Source of the DNA: Christensenellales bacterium
GTDB taxonomy: Bacteria > Bacillota > Clostridia > Christensenellales > Aristaeellaceae
Direction of reading: 5' to 3'
DNA length: 64,000 nt
Assembly: GCA_050952845.1 (NCBI GenBank)
Contig: JBMNLP010000001.1
Coordinates: 3,143,640-3,207,639, forward strand
Made by a program: the position numbers and the translations under genes. The notes below the pieces were generated by a model, which made no database searches, was not told the DNA's origin, and worked only from the letters and a program-made list of their open reading frames with translations. Below, one piece after another: positions 55,381 through 64,000 of the stretch. Within the stretch, counting starts at the first letter, position 1; each line of letters starts with the position of its first letter.

Positions 55381-55929
55381 ATGCCTAAAAAAATAGGTGT
55401 CATTGTCGGTAGCCTGAGAAAAGGCTCCTTTACAAAAAGCGTGGCTGAGGCTGTCAGCCATCTGTTTCCGGCGGGGTATGATGCATCGTTCATCGAATAC
55501 CGCCATCTGCCGTTGTTCGATCAGGACTATGAGCTTGAAGGCACAACACCCGAAAGCTATGATGACTTCCGCCGGCTGATTGGCAGCATGGATGCCTTTG
55601 TGTTCCTGACACCGGAGTATAACCGCTCGTACCCGGGCGCGTTGAAAAATGCCATCGACATCGCCTCCCGTCCCTGGGGCGAGAGCAAGTGGGCAGGTAA
55701 GCCCGCTGCTGTCATCAGCGTTTCGTCCGGCATGATCGGCGGCTTTGGTGCTAACCAACACCTGCGTCAGGTGCTTGCCTTTCTGAACATGCCCCTGGTA
55801 CAGCAACCGGAAGCCTACATCGGCAACGTGGAAAAGCTGCTGGATGCTAATGGTTATTTGACCAACAAAGAAACCCTGGCTTATCTGCAGACCATTGTGG
55901 ACGCGTTGGTCAAGCTGATCAAGCCATGA
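55381..55929 (+). CDS. NADPH-dependent FMN reductase family protein
   Basis: 182 aa with IGVIVGSLRKGSF and LTPEYNRSYPGALKNAID, typical of the FMN_red family. Confidence 0.85.
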   Translation: MPKKIGVIVGSLRKGSFTKSVAEAVSHLFPAGYDASFIEYRHLPLFDQDYELEGTTPESYDDFRRLIGSMDAFVFLTPEYNRSYPGALKNAIDIASRPWGESKWAGKPAAVISVSSGMIGGFGANQHLRQVLAFLNMPLVQQPEAYIGNVEKLLDANGYLTNKETLAYLQTIVDALVKLIKP

Positions 55930-55981
55930 AAACCAGCCGCCGCGGGTAAGCCCGCAGCGGCTGATTCCCGTCCGCTTAGAA

Positions 55982-56731
55982 TTATTTCAGCTGGGATGCC
56001 GCCGCCTGATCCAAGTACAGCGTGGCGGCTTGATGCTGCCGCAGGATGGATGCCGGGCAGTCCTCGTCAATTGGACCTTCCAGCATGCACTTGGTAGCGG
56101 GTGCTTTGTTAATGCCGGGTACGGTGCAGATCACGTGGCTGCTGGCCATCAGCGCCGGGATGGTCAGTGTCAGCGCGTGGGTGGGTACATCATCCAGGCT
56201 GGAGAAGTTGCCTTCATTTACCTGCTGCATGCGGCAGGCATGGTCCAGCTCCACCAGCTTCACAGTATCCGGATCGTCAAACTGAGCGTTGCCGGGGTCG
56301 TTGAAAGCGATATGGGCATTCTCGCCTATGCCCATGAAACAGATGTCCGTGGGGTATTGTTCCAGCAAGGCGGCATACTCCTTCTCCTGCCCCACCTGGT
56401 TGCCCATGTAGTGCACAGCCTTGAAGGGCAGTTTGCCAAAGAGCCGATCCCGAAGAAACCTGGAAAACTGCTGTGGCGCGCTGTCGTCCAAGCCCACGTA
56501 GTTGTCCATGTGGAAGGCGTTGACACGGCTCCAATCCACCTCAGCCGTGGCAAGCAGCGTCTCCAGCATTTCGGATTGAGATGGGGCTGCGGCAAATACC
56601 ACGTTGGCTTCATCCTTTTGCTTCAATACATCCTGCAACAGACGGATGCCTGCCTGAGCTGCGGCTTCCCCCATCTGCCTGCGGGTTTCATATACTTCAA
56701 CGATCAACTGATCCACTTGAAACTTCTTCAT
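55982..56731 (-). CDS. glucosamine-6-phosphate deaminase/isomerase-family protein (NagB/6-phosphogluconolactonase superfamily)
   Basis: 249 aa with VVFAAAPSQ and GIGENAHIAFNDP. Its ATG overlaps the upstream oxidoreductase stop (56728-56731). Confidence 0.8.
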   Translation of the reverse strand: MKKFQVDQLIVEVYETRRQMGEAAAQAGIRLLQDVLKQKDEANVVFAAAPSQSEMLETLLATAEVDWSRVNAFHMDNYVGLDDSAPQQFSRFLRDRLFGKLPFKAVHYMGNQVGQEKEYAALLEQYPTDICFMGIGENAHIAFNDPGNAQFDDPDTVKLVELDHACRMQQVNEGNFSSLDDVPTHALTLTIPALMASSHVICTVPGINKAPATKCMLEGPIDEDCPASILRQHQAATLYLDQAAASQLK

Positions 56732-57762
56732 TTGCGTATTTCCTCCATATTGACAGATCGTCCGGTGCGGGATGATTCATAGACACTCAGGATTATTTCC
56801 AGCGGCAAGCGGCCAATGCGCGTATCTGCCAACAGCGGCTCATCACGAAGAATCGCATTAACAAAGTTAATAAAATGCCGCACATGACCGGCTGTTGAAA
56901 TGGCTAGCGGGTCGCTGGATCCTACATTTTCAGGCTGCTCTCCAACTGGCAGCTGACAAGGCAAATCCACATCCCACTTGATGATGACGTCCTCTTTCAA
57001 CACAATGCTGCCCTTATCGCCGCAAATCTCCACGCGACGCGGATAGCCTGGATAGCAGGCAGTGGAAGCCTCGATGGTGCCAATTGCTCCCCCCTCAAAC
57101 TCAATGATGGCGACAGCGGAATCCTCCACCTCGATATCGTGTATCTGGGTGCGGGCATAACCGGTCAGCGTCTTGGGGACACCCATGAGATAACGGAATA
57201 TATCCACCCCGTGGATGCCCTGGTTCATCAACGCGCCGCCGCCATCCAATGCCCAGGTTCCCCGCCAGGCACCCGAGGCATAGTAATCTTTAGAACGCCA
57301 GTATTTCATCTGCAGGCTGCCGGAGGTTATTTTGCCCAGCGCGCCGGCTTCGATCGCTCGGCGGACTTCTACCACAGCCGGAGAAAAACGAATCTGTGAA
57401 ATAACGCCTACCTTCACATGACTCCGATCGACGGCTTCAATGAGGCGATCCGCCTCCTCCAATGTCAGGCTCATGGGCTTCTCCACCAGCACATGCTTGC
57501 CCGCTTGAATGGCCTGGATGGCTTGCGGTGTGTGCAGCCCGCTGGGTGTGCAGATGCTCACCGCGTCCACCATATCAGACGCCAGAAGCTCCTCGTAGGT
57601 GTCAAAAGCCTGGATTTTGTTTTCCTCTGAAAAGCGCAGCGCGCTTTCTTTTACACGGTCATAACAAGCGACCAACGCTGCATCAGGGGTTTGCCCTATG
57701 GCAACAGCATGCATGGACGCAATGCTACCGCAGCCAACAATGGCGATACGAACAACACTCAT
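56728..57762 (-). CDS. Gfo/Idh/MocA-family oxidoreductase
   Basis: The start was set at MSVVRIAIVGCGSIASMH (ATG 57760-57762) after an aaggagac SD. The LVEKPM motif is present. Confidence 0.85.
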   Translation of the reverse strand: MSVVRIAIVGCGSIASMHAVAIGQTPDAALVACYDRVKESALRFSEENKIQAFDTYEELLASDMVDAVSICTPSGLHTPQAIQAIQAGKHVLVEKPMSLTLEEADRLIEAVDRSHVKVGVISQIRFSPAVVEVRRAIEAGALGKITSGSLQMKYWRSKDYYASGAWRGTWALDGGGALMNQGIHGVDIFRYLMGVPKTLTGYARTQIHDIEVEDSAVAIIEFEGGAIGTIEASTACYPGYPRRVEICGDKGSIVLKEDVIIKWDVDLPCQLPVGEQPENVGSSDPLAISTAGHVRHFINFVNAILRDEPLLADTRIGRLPLEIILSVYESSRTGRSVNMEEIRK

Positions 57763-58068
57763 ATACTGTCTCCTTTCTTGGTTGTTTGAAGATACCACAT
57801 AAAACATTGGCAACTTCCAAAACAATATACTACCATTATCATAATGGATGATAGCCATGTTTTCAATCTAATGTTTATCATAAATTGGATATCTCATTTT
57901 GTATTGCAAAAACTCCAAAAATGATATACAAATATAAAGTTGATTTCATATTGAAAACAACGTATTCTTTTACGCAGTTCGTTGTTTATTCTTCAAAAAG
58001 TAATCATATCGCATTTATGAAACTTCGTCAATACAAAATTTATCCATGTATATTTCAGAGCTTTTAGC

Positions 58069-58097
58069 TTGATTCCTGAGCAACAAATCGATACAAT
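58069..58097 (+). promoter_or_regulatory. candidate promoter of the TIM-barrel/ABC locus
   Basis: TTGATT (58069-58074), a 17-nt spacer, then TACAAT (58092-58097). The palindrome cgata-caa-tatcg overlaps the -10 box. Confidence 0.45.
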
Positions 58098-58187
58098 ATC
58101 GAACGAAGAATAATTCACTTGTGTGTTATCCCTGATTATCCCTAATAAACAGTAGAGTAATTAAATGACACACAGACAGGAGTCCAA

Positions 58188-59051
58188 ATGAAAAAAATGA
58201 AAGTCGGCATGTTGGTGCAATTGCCGGTCGGCGGAAACCTCGAGGACGAGTTAAGAGAAGTTCATGAGTTAGGTTTTTCACTGTTGCAGCTTGGCATCCG
58301 CGAAATTGAATTAATGCGCTCTGAGTCCTTTGCGCAGCATACTGCAGCTTTGCTCAAGAAATACGGCATCACTCTGACACAAATAAGAGCACGCTGGAGG
58401 GCGCCTGCAGTGTGGGACTTGTATGATGGTCCTTCAACACTGGGCATTGTTCCATCGGCATACCGCGCAGCACGTACGGATGATATTTTGGCTTCTGCTC
58501 TGTTTGCTCGTCGCCTTGATTGTAATGTCATCAGCACGCATCTTGGTTTTATACCAACCGACCCTCGAAGCCAGGATTATGTTGGCGTCGTGCAGGCGAT
58601 GAAGGCGATCTGTGCTGAACTTGCCCGTCATGGACAGGTTTTTATGGCAGAAACAGGTCAGGAACCTCCGAATGTTCTGCGCCGGCTGATCGAAGATGTG
58701 AAGATGGATAATTTGCAAGTCAACTATGACCCTGCAAATCTGATCACCTGCGGTATGGCAAATCCTATTGACGGATTGGATTTGTTGGGCGAATTTACAA
58801 AGGAAGTCCACGCAAAAGATGGCGTGTATCCTATAAACGGCCAAGTTGCCGGTTTGCAGATGCCGGTAGGCAAAGGCGCTGTTAATTTTCCGGCTTTTCT
58901 GAAACGTCTGCGCCAGTTTGGATTTGAAGGGGTGCTTTGTATCGAATGGGAACGTGACATGTGGAATCAGGTTGTCGTACCTCCTGAACAACGCAGAAAG
59001 GAGATTGTCGAAGCCAAGGTATACTTAGAGGAGCTCTGCGAGACAATGTAA
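58188..59051 (+). CDS. xylose-isomerase-like TIM-barrel protein (sugar phosphate isomerase/epimerase family), paralogue 1
   Basis: 287 aa. Putative metal ligands lie in AETGQE, NYDPAN, VHAKDG and CIEWE. Confidence 0.85.
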   Translation: MKKMKVGMLVQLPVGGNLEDELREVHELGFSLLQLGIREIELMRSESFAQHTAALLKKYGITLTQIRARWRAPAVWDLYDGPSTLGIVPSAYRAARTDDILASALFARRLDCNVISTHLGFIPTDPRSQDYVGVVQAMKAICAELARHGQVFMAETGQEPPNVLRRLIEDVKMDNLQVNYDPANLITCGMANPIDGLDLLGEFTKEVHAKDGVYPINGQVAGLQMPVGKGAVNFPAFLKRLRQFGFEGVLCIEWERDMWNQVVVPPEQRRKEIVEAKVYLEELCETM

Positions 59052-59136
59052 TTGCGTGTCTTTTTCCCACCCTGACCTCAAAAACAACGCGTGACCATGC
59101 TCACATGTTGAAATGAATGAAAGGAGACCATCATAG

Positions 59137-60762
59137 ATGAAACCGATCAAAAGGCTGTCGTTCATCATCATCGCTACTATTCTGACGATTGGTATCCTCC
59201 TCCCCTCCCTCGCCGACGAACCATTCGACTACTCTACCTTGAAGGAAAATGAGATCGTCAACGTTGACGGAAAATGGTACTTCGATATCCCTGGCTTGCC
59301 AAAGGATACAAAACTCCCCCTTGAAGAAACCACTTTGAAAATCACCGTAACGAGCAATCGGCCTCCGTCTTGGGATGAATTAATTGAAGCCGTTGAAGAG
59401 CGTTTTAAGGACACGCTCAACGTGAAGCTCAATATGATTTTCTATCCCAACGCTGAGGTAGCCCAGAAAACCCTTCTTTCCCTGGGCTCAGGCGAGAACA
59501 ATGACCTGATCTGGCATGATGGACGCGCGGTTTATACCAATAGCGTCGCAGCCGGCTATCTCGAGAACCTGGACGAATACATTGAAAAGTACGCCCCTAA
59601 ACTGTACGCTGGCCGCGCCCCTTCCGTGTGGGAAGCTTCGAAAGTTAACGGTTCCTACTATGCTATTCCGTTGATGACCACCAACAAAATGGGCGTCCAT
59701 TTCGATATTCGAAAAGATGTCATGGACGAGGTGGGCGTGTCGGAAATCAATTCGGCAGAGGAATTTGTGGACTTTTTGTACGCCGCTAAAAAAGCAAGGC
59801 CTGACCTGAATCCGATTTGCACAGGCGTTGTAGATAGCGAGCTATACATGAGCTGGACACACATTTGGTTCCGTGGCGGCATCACAACCGATTTCATCCG
59901 CTCCACCAGCATGAATTCCGGGAGCCTGATGCTCTATTACAAGAACAACGATCCCATTATCCATAATTTCTTTGACGAGCCCGACCCGTTGATTATGGAA
60001 AAGATTCGTCAGGCGCGTCAGCTTTACCTCGATGGCATCATCGACCCCAACGTGCTGAGCCTGCAAACCATGCGTGACCAGGTTTACACCGGCAGAGCTG
60101 TCAGCTCGCCATGGCCACAGGCTTACTGCGATCCCACAGTCAGGCTGAACACGAAAAAGAGCTTTGGGTCAGAAATCTATACCTATCGTCCCTATGAAAA
60201 GGAAGAATACCTGCAGCCCGGGAAAATGTGCTCGGACTTCAAAGCTTGGAATTTCCTGAGCCTTGCCAAGGTTTCCAAGAACAAAGAGCGCGCCATGATG
60301 TTCCTTGAAGCGTCTCAGTACAAGCAGAACTATGATCTGATGGCCTTTGGTGTGGAAGGAAAGCATTCCAACCTTATAGGTGAGGATCGCTGGACCATGA
60401 TTGATCCCAACTTCCGTCGCTTGGCGTATGTCTGGATTATGGATAGTGTCCATGATCGGGTGGATGCCAGCATGTCCGATAAGGACTATGAGTTTGAGCG
60501 CTGGCTGCGCAAGGCACCCCCGAGTGATTTCGTCTTCTGCCCCGAAGGGTATCTGCTCTATGATGCTTCCACCTGCGAGGCGGAGCTGGCACAATACCGC
60601 GCCATCGAAGCCCGTTATCTGCCTGCCATCTACAACGGCGTCATTGACCCTGATCAGGGGCTGGCTGATTTCAAAGCAGAAGCCTATGACCTCCTGAAAG
60701 TCATCCAGGAAGACTATCAGCAGCAGCTTGACGCAGCCGTTGCTGAAAAAGCCCCGAAGTAA
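59137..60762 (+). CDS. extracellular solute-binding protein, large LplA type
   Basis: 541 aa with a hydrophobic N-terminus MKPIKRLSFIIIATILTIGILLPSLA and no Cys lipobox. An aaggagac SD is present. Confidence 0.85.
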   Translation: MKPIKRLSFIIIATILTIGILLPSLADEPFDYSTLKENEIVNVDGKWYFDIPGLPKDTKLPLEETTLKITVTSNRPPSWDELIEAVEERFKDTLNVKLNMIFYPNAEVAQKTLLSLGSGENNDLIWHDGRAVYTNSVAAGYLENLDEYIEKYAPKLYAGRAPSVWEASKVNGSYYAIPLMTTNKMGVHFDIRKDVMDEVGVSEINSAEEFVDFLYAAKKARPDLNPICTGVVDSELYMSWTHIWFRGGITTDFIRSTSMNSGSLMLYYKNNDPIIHNFFDEPDPLIMEKIRQARQLYLDGIIDPNVLSLQTMRDQVYTGRAVSSPWPQAYCDPTVRLNTKKSFGSEIYTYRPYEKEEYLQPGKMCSDFKAWNFLSLAKVSKNKERAMMFLEASQYKQNYDLMAFGVEGKHSNLIGEDRWTMIDPNFRRLAYVWIMDSVHDRVDASMSDKDYEFERWLRKAPPSDFVFCPEGYLLYDASTCEAELAQYRAIEARYLPAIYNGVIDPDQGLADFKAEAYDLLKVIQEDYQQQLDAAVAEKAPK

Positions 60763-60847
60763 TCCTTGTTGTCCCCTCGTTCTGCTGCCGGCGCAAAAGC
60801 ACCGGCAGCAGAACGAAAAGCTAACCTTTGCATAGGAGAGAGATGCT

Positions 60848-61696
60848 GTGAAAATTGGATATCTGGTTAACCTGAAACCTGACGATGATTTGGTTGAGGA
60901 GTTAAGCCGCGCTAAAGAAATGGGGTTTGACACCATACAGCTCGGCCTTCCCAACACCACCAACCTGAAGGACAAGAAGCTGGTGTATGAAATCAAGGAA
61001 GCCGTCGAAGCCTCCAACCTGCACGTGTCGGAAATTCGAGCCCGATGGTCCGGCCCCATTGTATGGGATCTCAAGGATGGTCCCGCAACGCTGGGAATTG
61101 TGCCGGCTGTATACCGGGACGCACGAATCAAAGATATTTTAGAGTGGAGCGATTTTGCTGAGTATCTGGGCGTTTCAGTCATCAGCACACATATTGGTTT
61201 TCTGCCGATGGATCCCTATCACCCAGATTATAGTGGAACCGTCATTGCACTCAAGCACATCTGCAATAGCATCAAGAAAAAGAACCAGCTCTTTTACATT
61301 GAAACAGGGCAGGAACATCCCATTGGCCTCATGCGGCTCTTTTCAGAGCTTGAAAGCACGGTCGACAACCTATTCATCAACTTTGACCCGGCTAATCTCT
61401 TGATGTATGGCAATGCGAACCCCATCGATGCGCTGCATATGCTCGGCAAGCACGTTCGAGAAGTTCATGCGAAAGATGGACGCTATCCTGTGGATGGATG
61501 GAACTTGGGCGTTGAAACCAAGTTGGGTGAGGGCATGGTCAACTATCCCGCCTTTATACGTGCGTTGAGAGATGTCGGTTTTGATGGCATTCTATGCATC
61601 GAAAATGAACGCACCGAAGCTATCGGTAAAGCAGCCAGGTATAAAGAAATCCTGGAGTCAAAGCTATATTTAGAGCAACTTCTCTCTGAACTATAA
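60848..61696 (+). CDS. xylose-isomerase-like TIM-barrel protein, paralogue 2
   Basis: GTG start, 282 aa. It aligns by eye along its whole length with the 58188 protein (IRARW..P.VWDL.DGP.TLGIVP, ISTH.GF.P.DP, ETGQE, DPANL, EVHAKDG, LCIE.ER). Confidence 0.8.
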   Translation: MKIGYLVNLKPDDDLVEELSRAKEMGFDTIQLGLPNTTNLKDKKLVYEIKEAVEASNLHVSEIRARWSGPIVWDLKDGPATLGIVPAVYRDARIKDILEWSDFAEYLGVSVISTHIGFLPMDPYHPDYSGTVIALKHICNSIKKKNQLFYIETGQEHPIGLMRLFSELESTVDNLFINFDPANLLMYGNANPIDALHMLGKHVREVHAKDGRYPVDGWNLGVETKLGEGMVNYPAFIRALRDVGFDGILCIENERTEAIGKAARYKEILESKLYLEQLLSEL

Positions 61697-61710
61697 ATTA
61701 TAGATGGGGA

Positions 61711-62664
61711 GTGTCAGGAGTGAAACAGGTGCATTTCAAAAAATCTATGCTTACCCGGTTTGTCAATGAGCTGCGGCGCAACTATCGCTTGTATGCCTTG
61801 GCTGTACCAGGCTTGATTCTTATCCTTACATTCTCTTATATTCCGATGTTAGGGCATATACTGGCTTTTAAGCGATATACATTTGTCGGTGGATTGTTTG
61901 GCAGCCCGAGCGTTGGGTTTAAGAATTTTGAGTTTTTCTTTGGCAGCAGGGACTGGAAGACTGTTACTTTTAACACGTTATTCTTAAACACAGTGTTCAT
62001 TTTTTCGAACCATTTGACAGCCATCATGTTAGCAATTTTCCTCAATGAAATTAGAAAAACTTCTATTAAACGCATCTTTCAGTCTCTGATTTTTCTCCCC
62101 TATTTTGTTTCATGGCTGGTTGTTTCGCTGATGATATTTGGTTTTCTCAATGCAACAACGGGCACCATCAATGGCTTATTTGATGTGCTTGGTTTAAAGC
62201 GGGTGAACTACTACTTAATACCGGGGGCATGGCGGGTTATCCTGCCGATTGCCTACGTTTGGAAGTTTGCAGGATACTACTCCATCATCTATCTGGCAGC
62301 CATCATTGGAATTCCCAACGATTACTATGAGAGTGCCGCCATCGACGGTGCATCCAGGTGGCAGCAGGTACGCAAAATCACCCTGCCGCTGATCCGCCCC
62401 ACAGTCATTGTGTTGGTGCTGATTGCGCTGGGCCGCATCTTCTATGGTGACTTTGGTATGATCTATGGCATTGTTGGAGATATTGGCATTCTTTACCCTA
62501 CCACGGACGTCATTGACACATATTCTTTCCGAACCTTCAGACAGCTTGGTAATTTTGGAATGAGCTCAGCAGTAAGCCTATATCAATCCGTCATGGGGTT
62601 GATTACCATCCTTATATTCAACACCATCGTACGCAGGATTGAACCTGATTCTTCACTTTTCTAA
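61711..62664 (+). CDS. carbohydrate ABC transporter permease (LplB type)
   Basis: Has FSYIPMLGHILAF and the EAA-loop ESAAIDGASRWQQVRKITLP. The start is uncertain (GTG 61711/61720/61729 or ATG 61747). Confidence 0.85.
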   Translation: MSGVKQVHFKKSMLTRFVNELRRNYRLYALAVPGLILILTFSYIPMLGHILAFKRYTFVGGLFGSPSVGFKNFEFFFGSRDWKTVTFNTLFLNTVFIFSNHLTAIMLAIFLNEIRKTSIKRIFQSLIFLPYFVSWLVVSLMIFGFLNATTGTINGLFDVLGLKRVNYYLIPGAWRVILPIAYVWKFAGYYSIIYLAAIIGIPNDYYESAAIDGASRWQQVRKITLPLIRPTVIVLVLIALGRIFYGDFGMIYGIVGDIGILYPTTDVIDTYSFRTFRQLGNFGMSSAVSLYQSVMGLITILIFNTIVRRIEPDSSLF

Positions 62665-62685
62665 TTTAAGGAAAGGATACGTTTT

Positions 62686-63600
62686 GTGAAAACGAGCGAA
62701 CGCAAAAAAACAATGAAACCAAGGTCGGGCATGCGTGTAAAATCCGACTCCGGTTTTGAAATGGTCAGCTACATTGCCCTGATTCTGTTTACCCTATTTG
62801 CCGCCATACCGTTCTGGTTGGTCATTGCCAACTCATTTGCGACGGAGCAATCCATTGCCGTGAATGGGTTTGTGTTCTGGCCATCTGAGATTTCACTTGA
62901 GGCTTATGATTTTGTTTTTGCCGGGAAACAGATTTACTATAGCTATCGCAACACATTGTTTTTATTGATCATTGGGGTGCCATCAGCCATGACAGTCACC
63001 TGTATGTTTGCCTATGTATTGGCCCATCCCAAGGCCAGATTCAGGCGCAGCCTTTCTTTTTTCACCTATTTCACCATGCTAATGGGCACTTCGCTGGTAG
63101 GCTTCTATATATTGATAGCTACTTGGCTGGGCATCAAGGACACGTATTGGGCACTCACGTTGCCTCGCTTGCTTCATCCGTTCTATGCATTTATTTTGGT
63201 GGCAGCGTTTCGAGATATTCCATACGAAATTTATGAAGCATCCAGCATTGACGGCTCTGGTGAGCTAAGAACCTTCCTGCGGATTATGCTACCCATTGCC
63301 CTGCCCTCGGTGGCAACCATCGGGCTGTTCTTTACCCTGCTCTTCTGGAACGATTGGTGGCTTGCGCTGTTGTTCATCGACGATTATAAACTGTACCCCT
63401 TACAGATGATGCTGAGGAGCCTGATATCGGAAGTGAGTGCAGCCGCTTTCATGGGCGGTGAAGTATCCAGCGGCATCCTCCCTTCCAACAGTATGAAGAT
63501 GGCGGTTGTCTGCCTGACCATCGGGCCCATTCTGATTGTTTATCCATATATTCAGCGGTATTTCGTCAAAGGGATTGCTGTCGGTGCGGTAAAGGGGTAG
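62686..63600 (+). CDS. carbohydrate ABC transporter permease (LplC type)
   Basis: GTG start, 304 aa, with EAA-loop EASSIDGSGELRTFLRIMLP and C-terminal GIAVGAVKG. Confidence 0.85.
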   Translation: MKTSERKKTMKPRSGMRVKSDSGFEMVSYIALILFTLFAAIPFWLVIANSFATEQSIAVNGFVFWPSEISLEAYDFVFAGKQIYYSYRNTLFLLIIGVPSAMTVTCMFAYVLAHPKARFRRSLSFFTYFTMLMGTSLVGFYILIATWLGIKDTYWALTLPRLLHPFYAFILVAAFRDIPYEIYEASSIDGSGELRTFLRIMLPIALPSVATIGLFFTLLFWNDWWLALLFIDDYKLYPLQMMLRSLISEVSAAAFMGGEVSSGILPSNSMKMAVVCLTIGPILIVYPYIQRYFVKGIAVGAVKG

Positions 63601-63617
63601 TGCTGAACGCTTTCTGA

Positions 63618-63947
63618 TTAGCTAGTCAGCGGATTGTCCGGTTTAACAAGGCAATCCGCTTTGCTGTCATATGCATATCCTTGCAAAAACGCTGTCAACG
63701 ATCGTTTATCCTCTATTTCAAGCATTTGGTATGCGTTTCGCAAGCGATAGTTAACAGTTCCCGCCGAAACATACAGGCTTGCGGCAATGCTCTCTATGCT
63801 TTTGCCCAACGCAATTTGATCCAGCAACCGCAAGTCCAACGCATCGCAGCGCAGCAAATACTCCTCAAAGCGTTTCAACGTCATCTGACTGGTGCCCACC
63901 TGAACAGGCAGGCTGCGTTGGTTAAGCCTTGGCGGCTCCAGCAGCAT
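63618..63947 (-). CDS. LuxR/GerE-type HTH DNA-binding protein
   Basis: 109 aa. LLDQIALGKSIESIAASLYVSAGTVNYRLRNAYQML is a GerE-type HTH. It is convergent with the ABC operon, and its start is uncertain. Confidence 0.65.
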   Translation of the reverse strand: MLLEPPRLNQRSLPVQVGTSQMTLKRFEEYLLRCDALDLRLLDQIALGKSIESIAASLYVSAGTVNYRLRNAYQMLEIEDKRSLTAFLQGYAYDSKADCLVKPDNPLTS

Positions 63948-64000
63948 GACAGGAGGATGGCGCTCAGTACTATCCCTTACGATGATGCGATATGAAATAA

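Noticed and set aside
57885-58067. A 60-aa ORF in the AT-rich divergent intergenic region. Also the 31653..32090 (-) ORF, which crosses the IS5 boundary.
   Set aside because: These are AT-rich low-complexity peptides (Ile/Lys/Phe/Tyr) with no SD. The second one spans an IS terminal repeat, so it cannot be an ancestral gene.
58188-63600. The TIM-barrel/ABC locus as a third foreign AT-rich island.
   Set aside because: Hand-counted lines give 33/60 G+C (58201-58260), 34/60 (60001-60060) and 29/60 (61861-61920). These values are close to or only slightly below the core, and no IS or truncated flanking gene is present. Only the 57860-58187 intergenic region is AT-rich.

Overview
This is a high-GC chromosomal segment. 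SpoVK-type AAA+, AddA, hisZ and a Firmicutes-type 5S rRNA suggest a Clostridia/Oscillospiraceae-like gut anaerobe, but that is inference only. Layout, left to right:

- **1-341:** tail of an rRNA operon (5S rRNA, tRNA-Asn, terminator).
- **363-635:** a short non-coding element bounded by terminal inverted repeats (TIR).
- **633-2420:** Na/Pi cotransporter.
- **2641-7558:** a compact minus-strand aldolase / FucI-like isomerase / FGGY kinase / URO-D-like sugar operon.
- **7834-15675:** glmM coupled to a stand-alone hexapeptide acyltransferase, addA with no adjacent addB, a DMT transporter, and azlCD.
- **AT-rich island 1 (about 15.7-21.8 kb):** IS630 copy, LplABC-type ABC sugar transporter, GH29 fucosidase. 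It abuts a frameshifted, 3'-truncated cation:proton antiporter.
- **23049-31539:** a CE7 esterase / MDR dehydrogenase / Gfo-Idh-MocA / DUF3842 operon, thpR, a threonine-aldolase-like gene, a SpoVK-like AAA+, and an ATP-grasp + esterase pair.
- **AT-rich island 2 (about 31.6-39.8 kb):** IS5-family copy, GntR/LacI hybrid regulator, a second LplABC-type transporter, GH95-like hydrolase.
- **39842-46913:** an overlapping yerC-like-hisZGDCBAF(IE) operon that lacks hisH.
- **47029-49191:** DUF1989 and dnaN. dnaN has no dnaA upstream but does have a cluster of DnaA-box-like 9-mers.
- **49-64 kb:** a carbohydrate region with repeated NagB / URO-D-like / Gfo-Idh-MocA sets, two paralogous xylose-isomerase-like TIM barrels flanking a third LplA-type binding protein, two permeases and a LuxR-type gene.

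No CRISPR array, prophage or recognisable defence system was seen. The candidates I consider least described:

- The oxidoreductase + duplicated TIM-barrel + ABC locus.
- The recurring URO-D-like enzymes in sugar contexts.
- The orphan dnaN with its DnaA-box cluster.
- The DUF3842 gene pairing.
- The ATP-grasp/esterase gene pairing.
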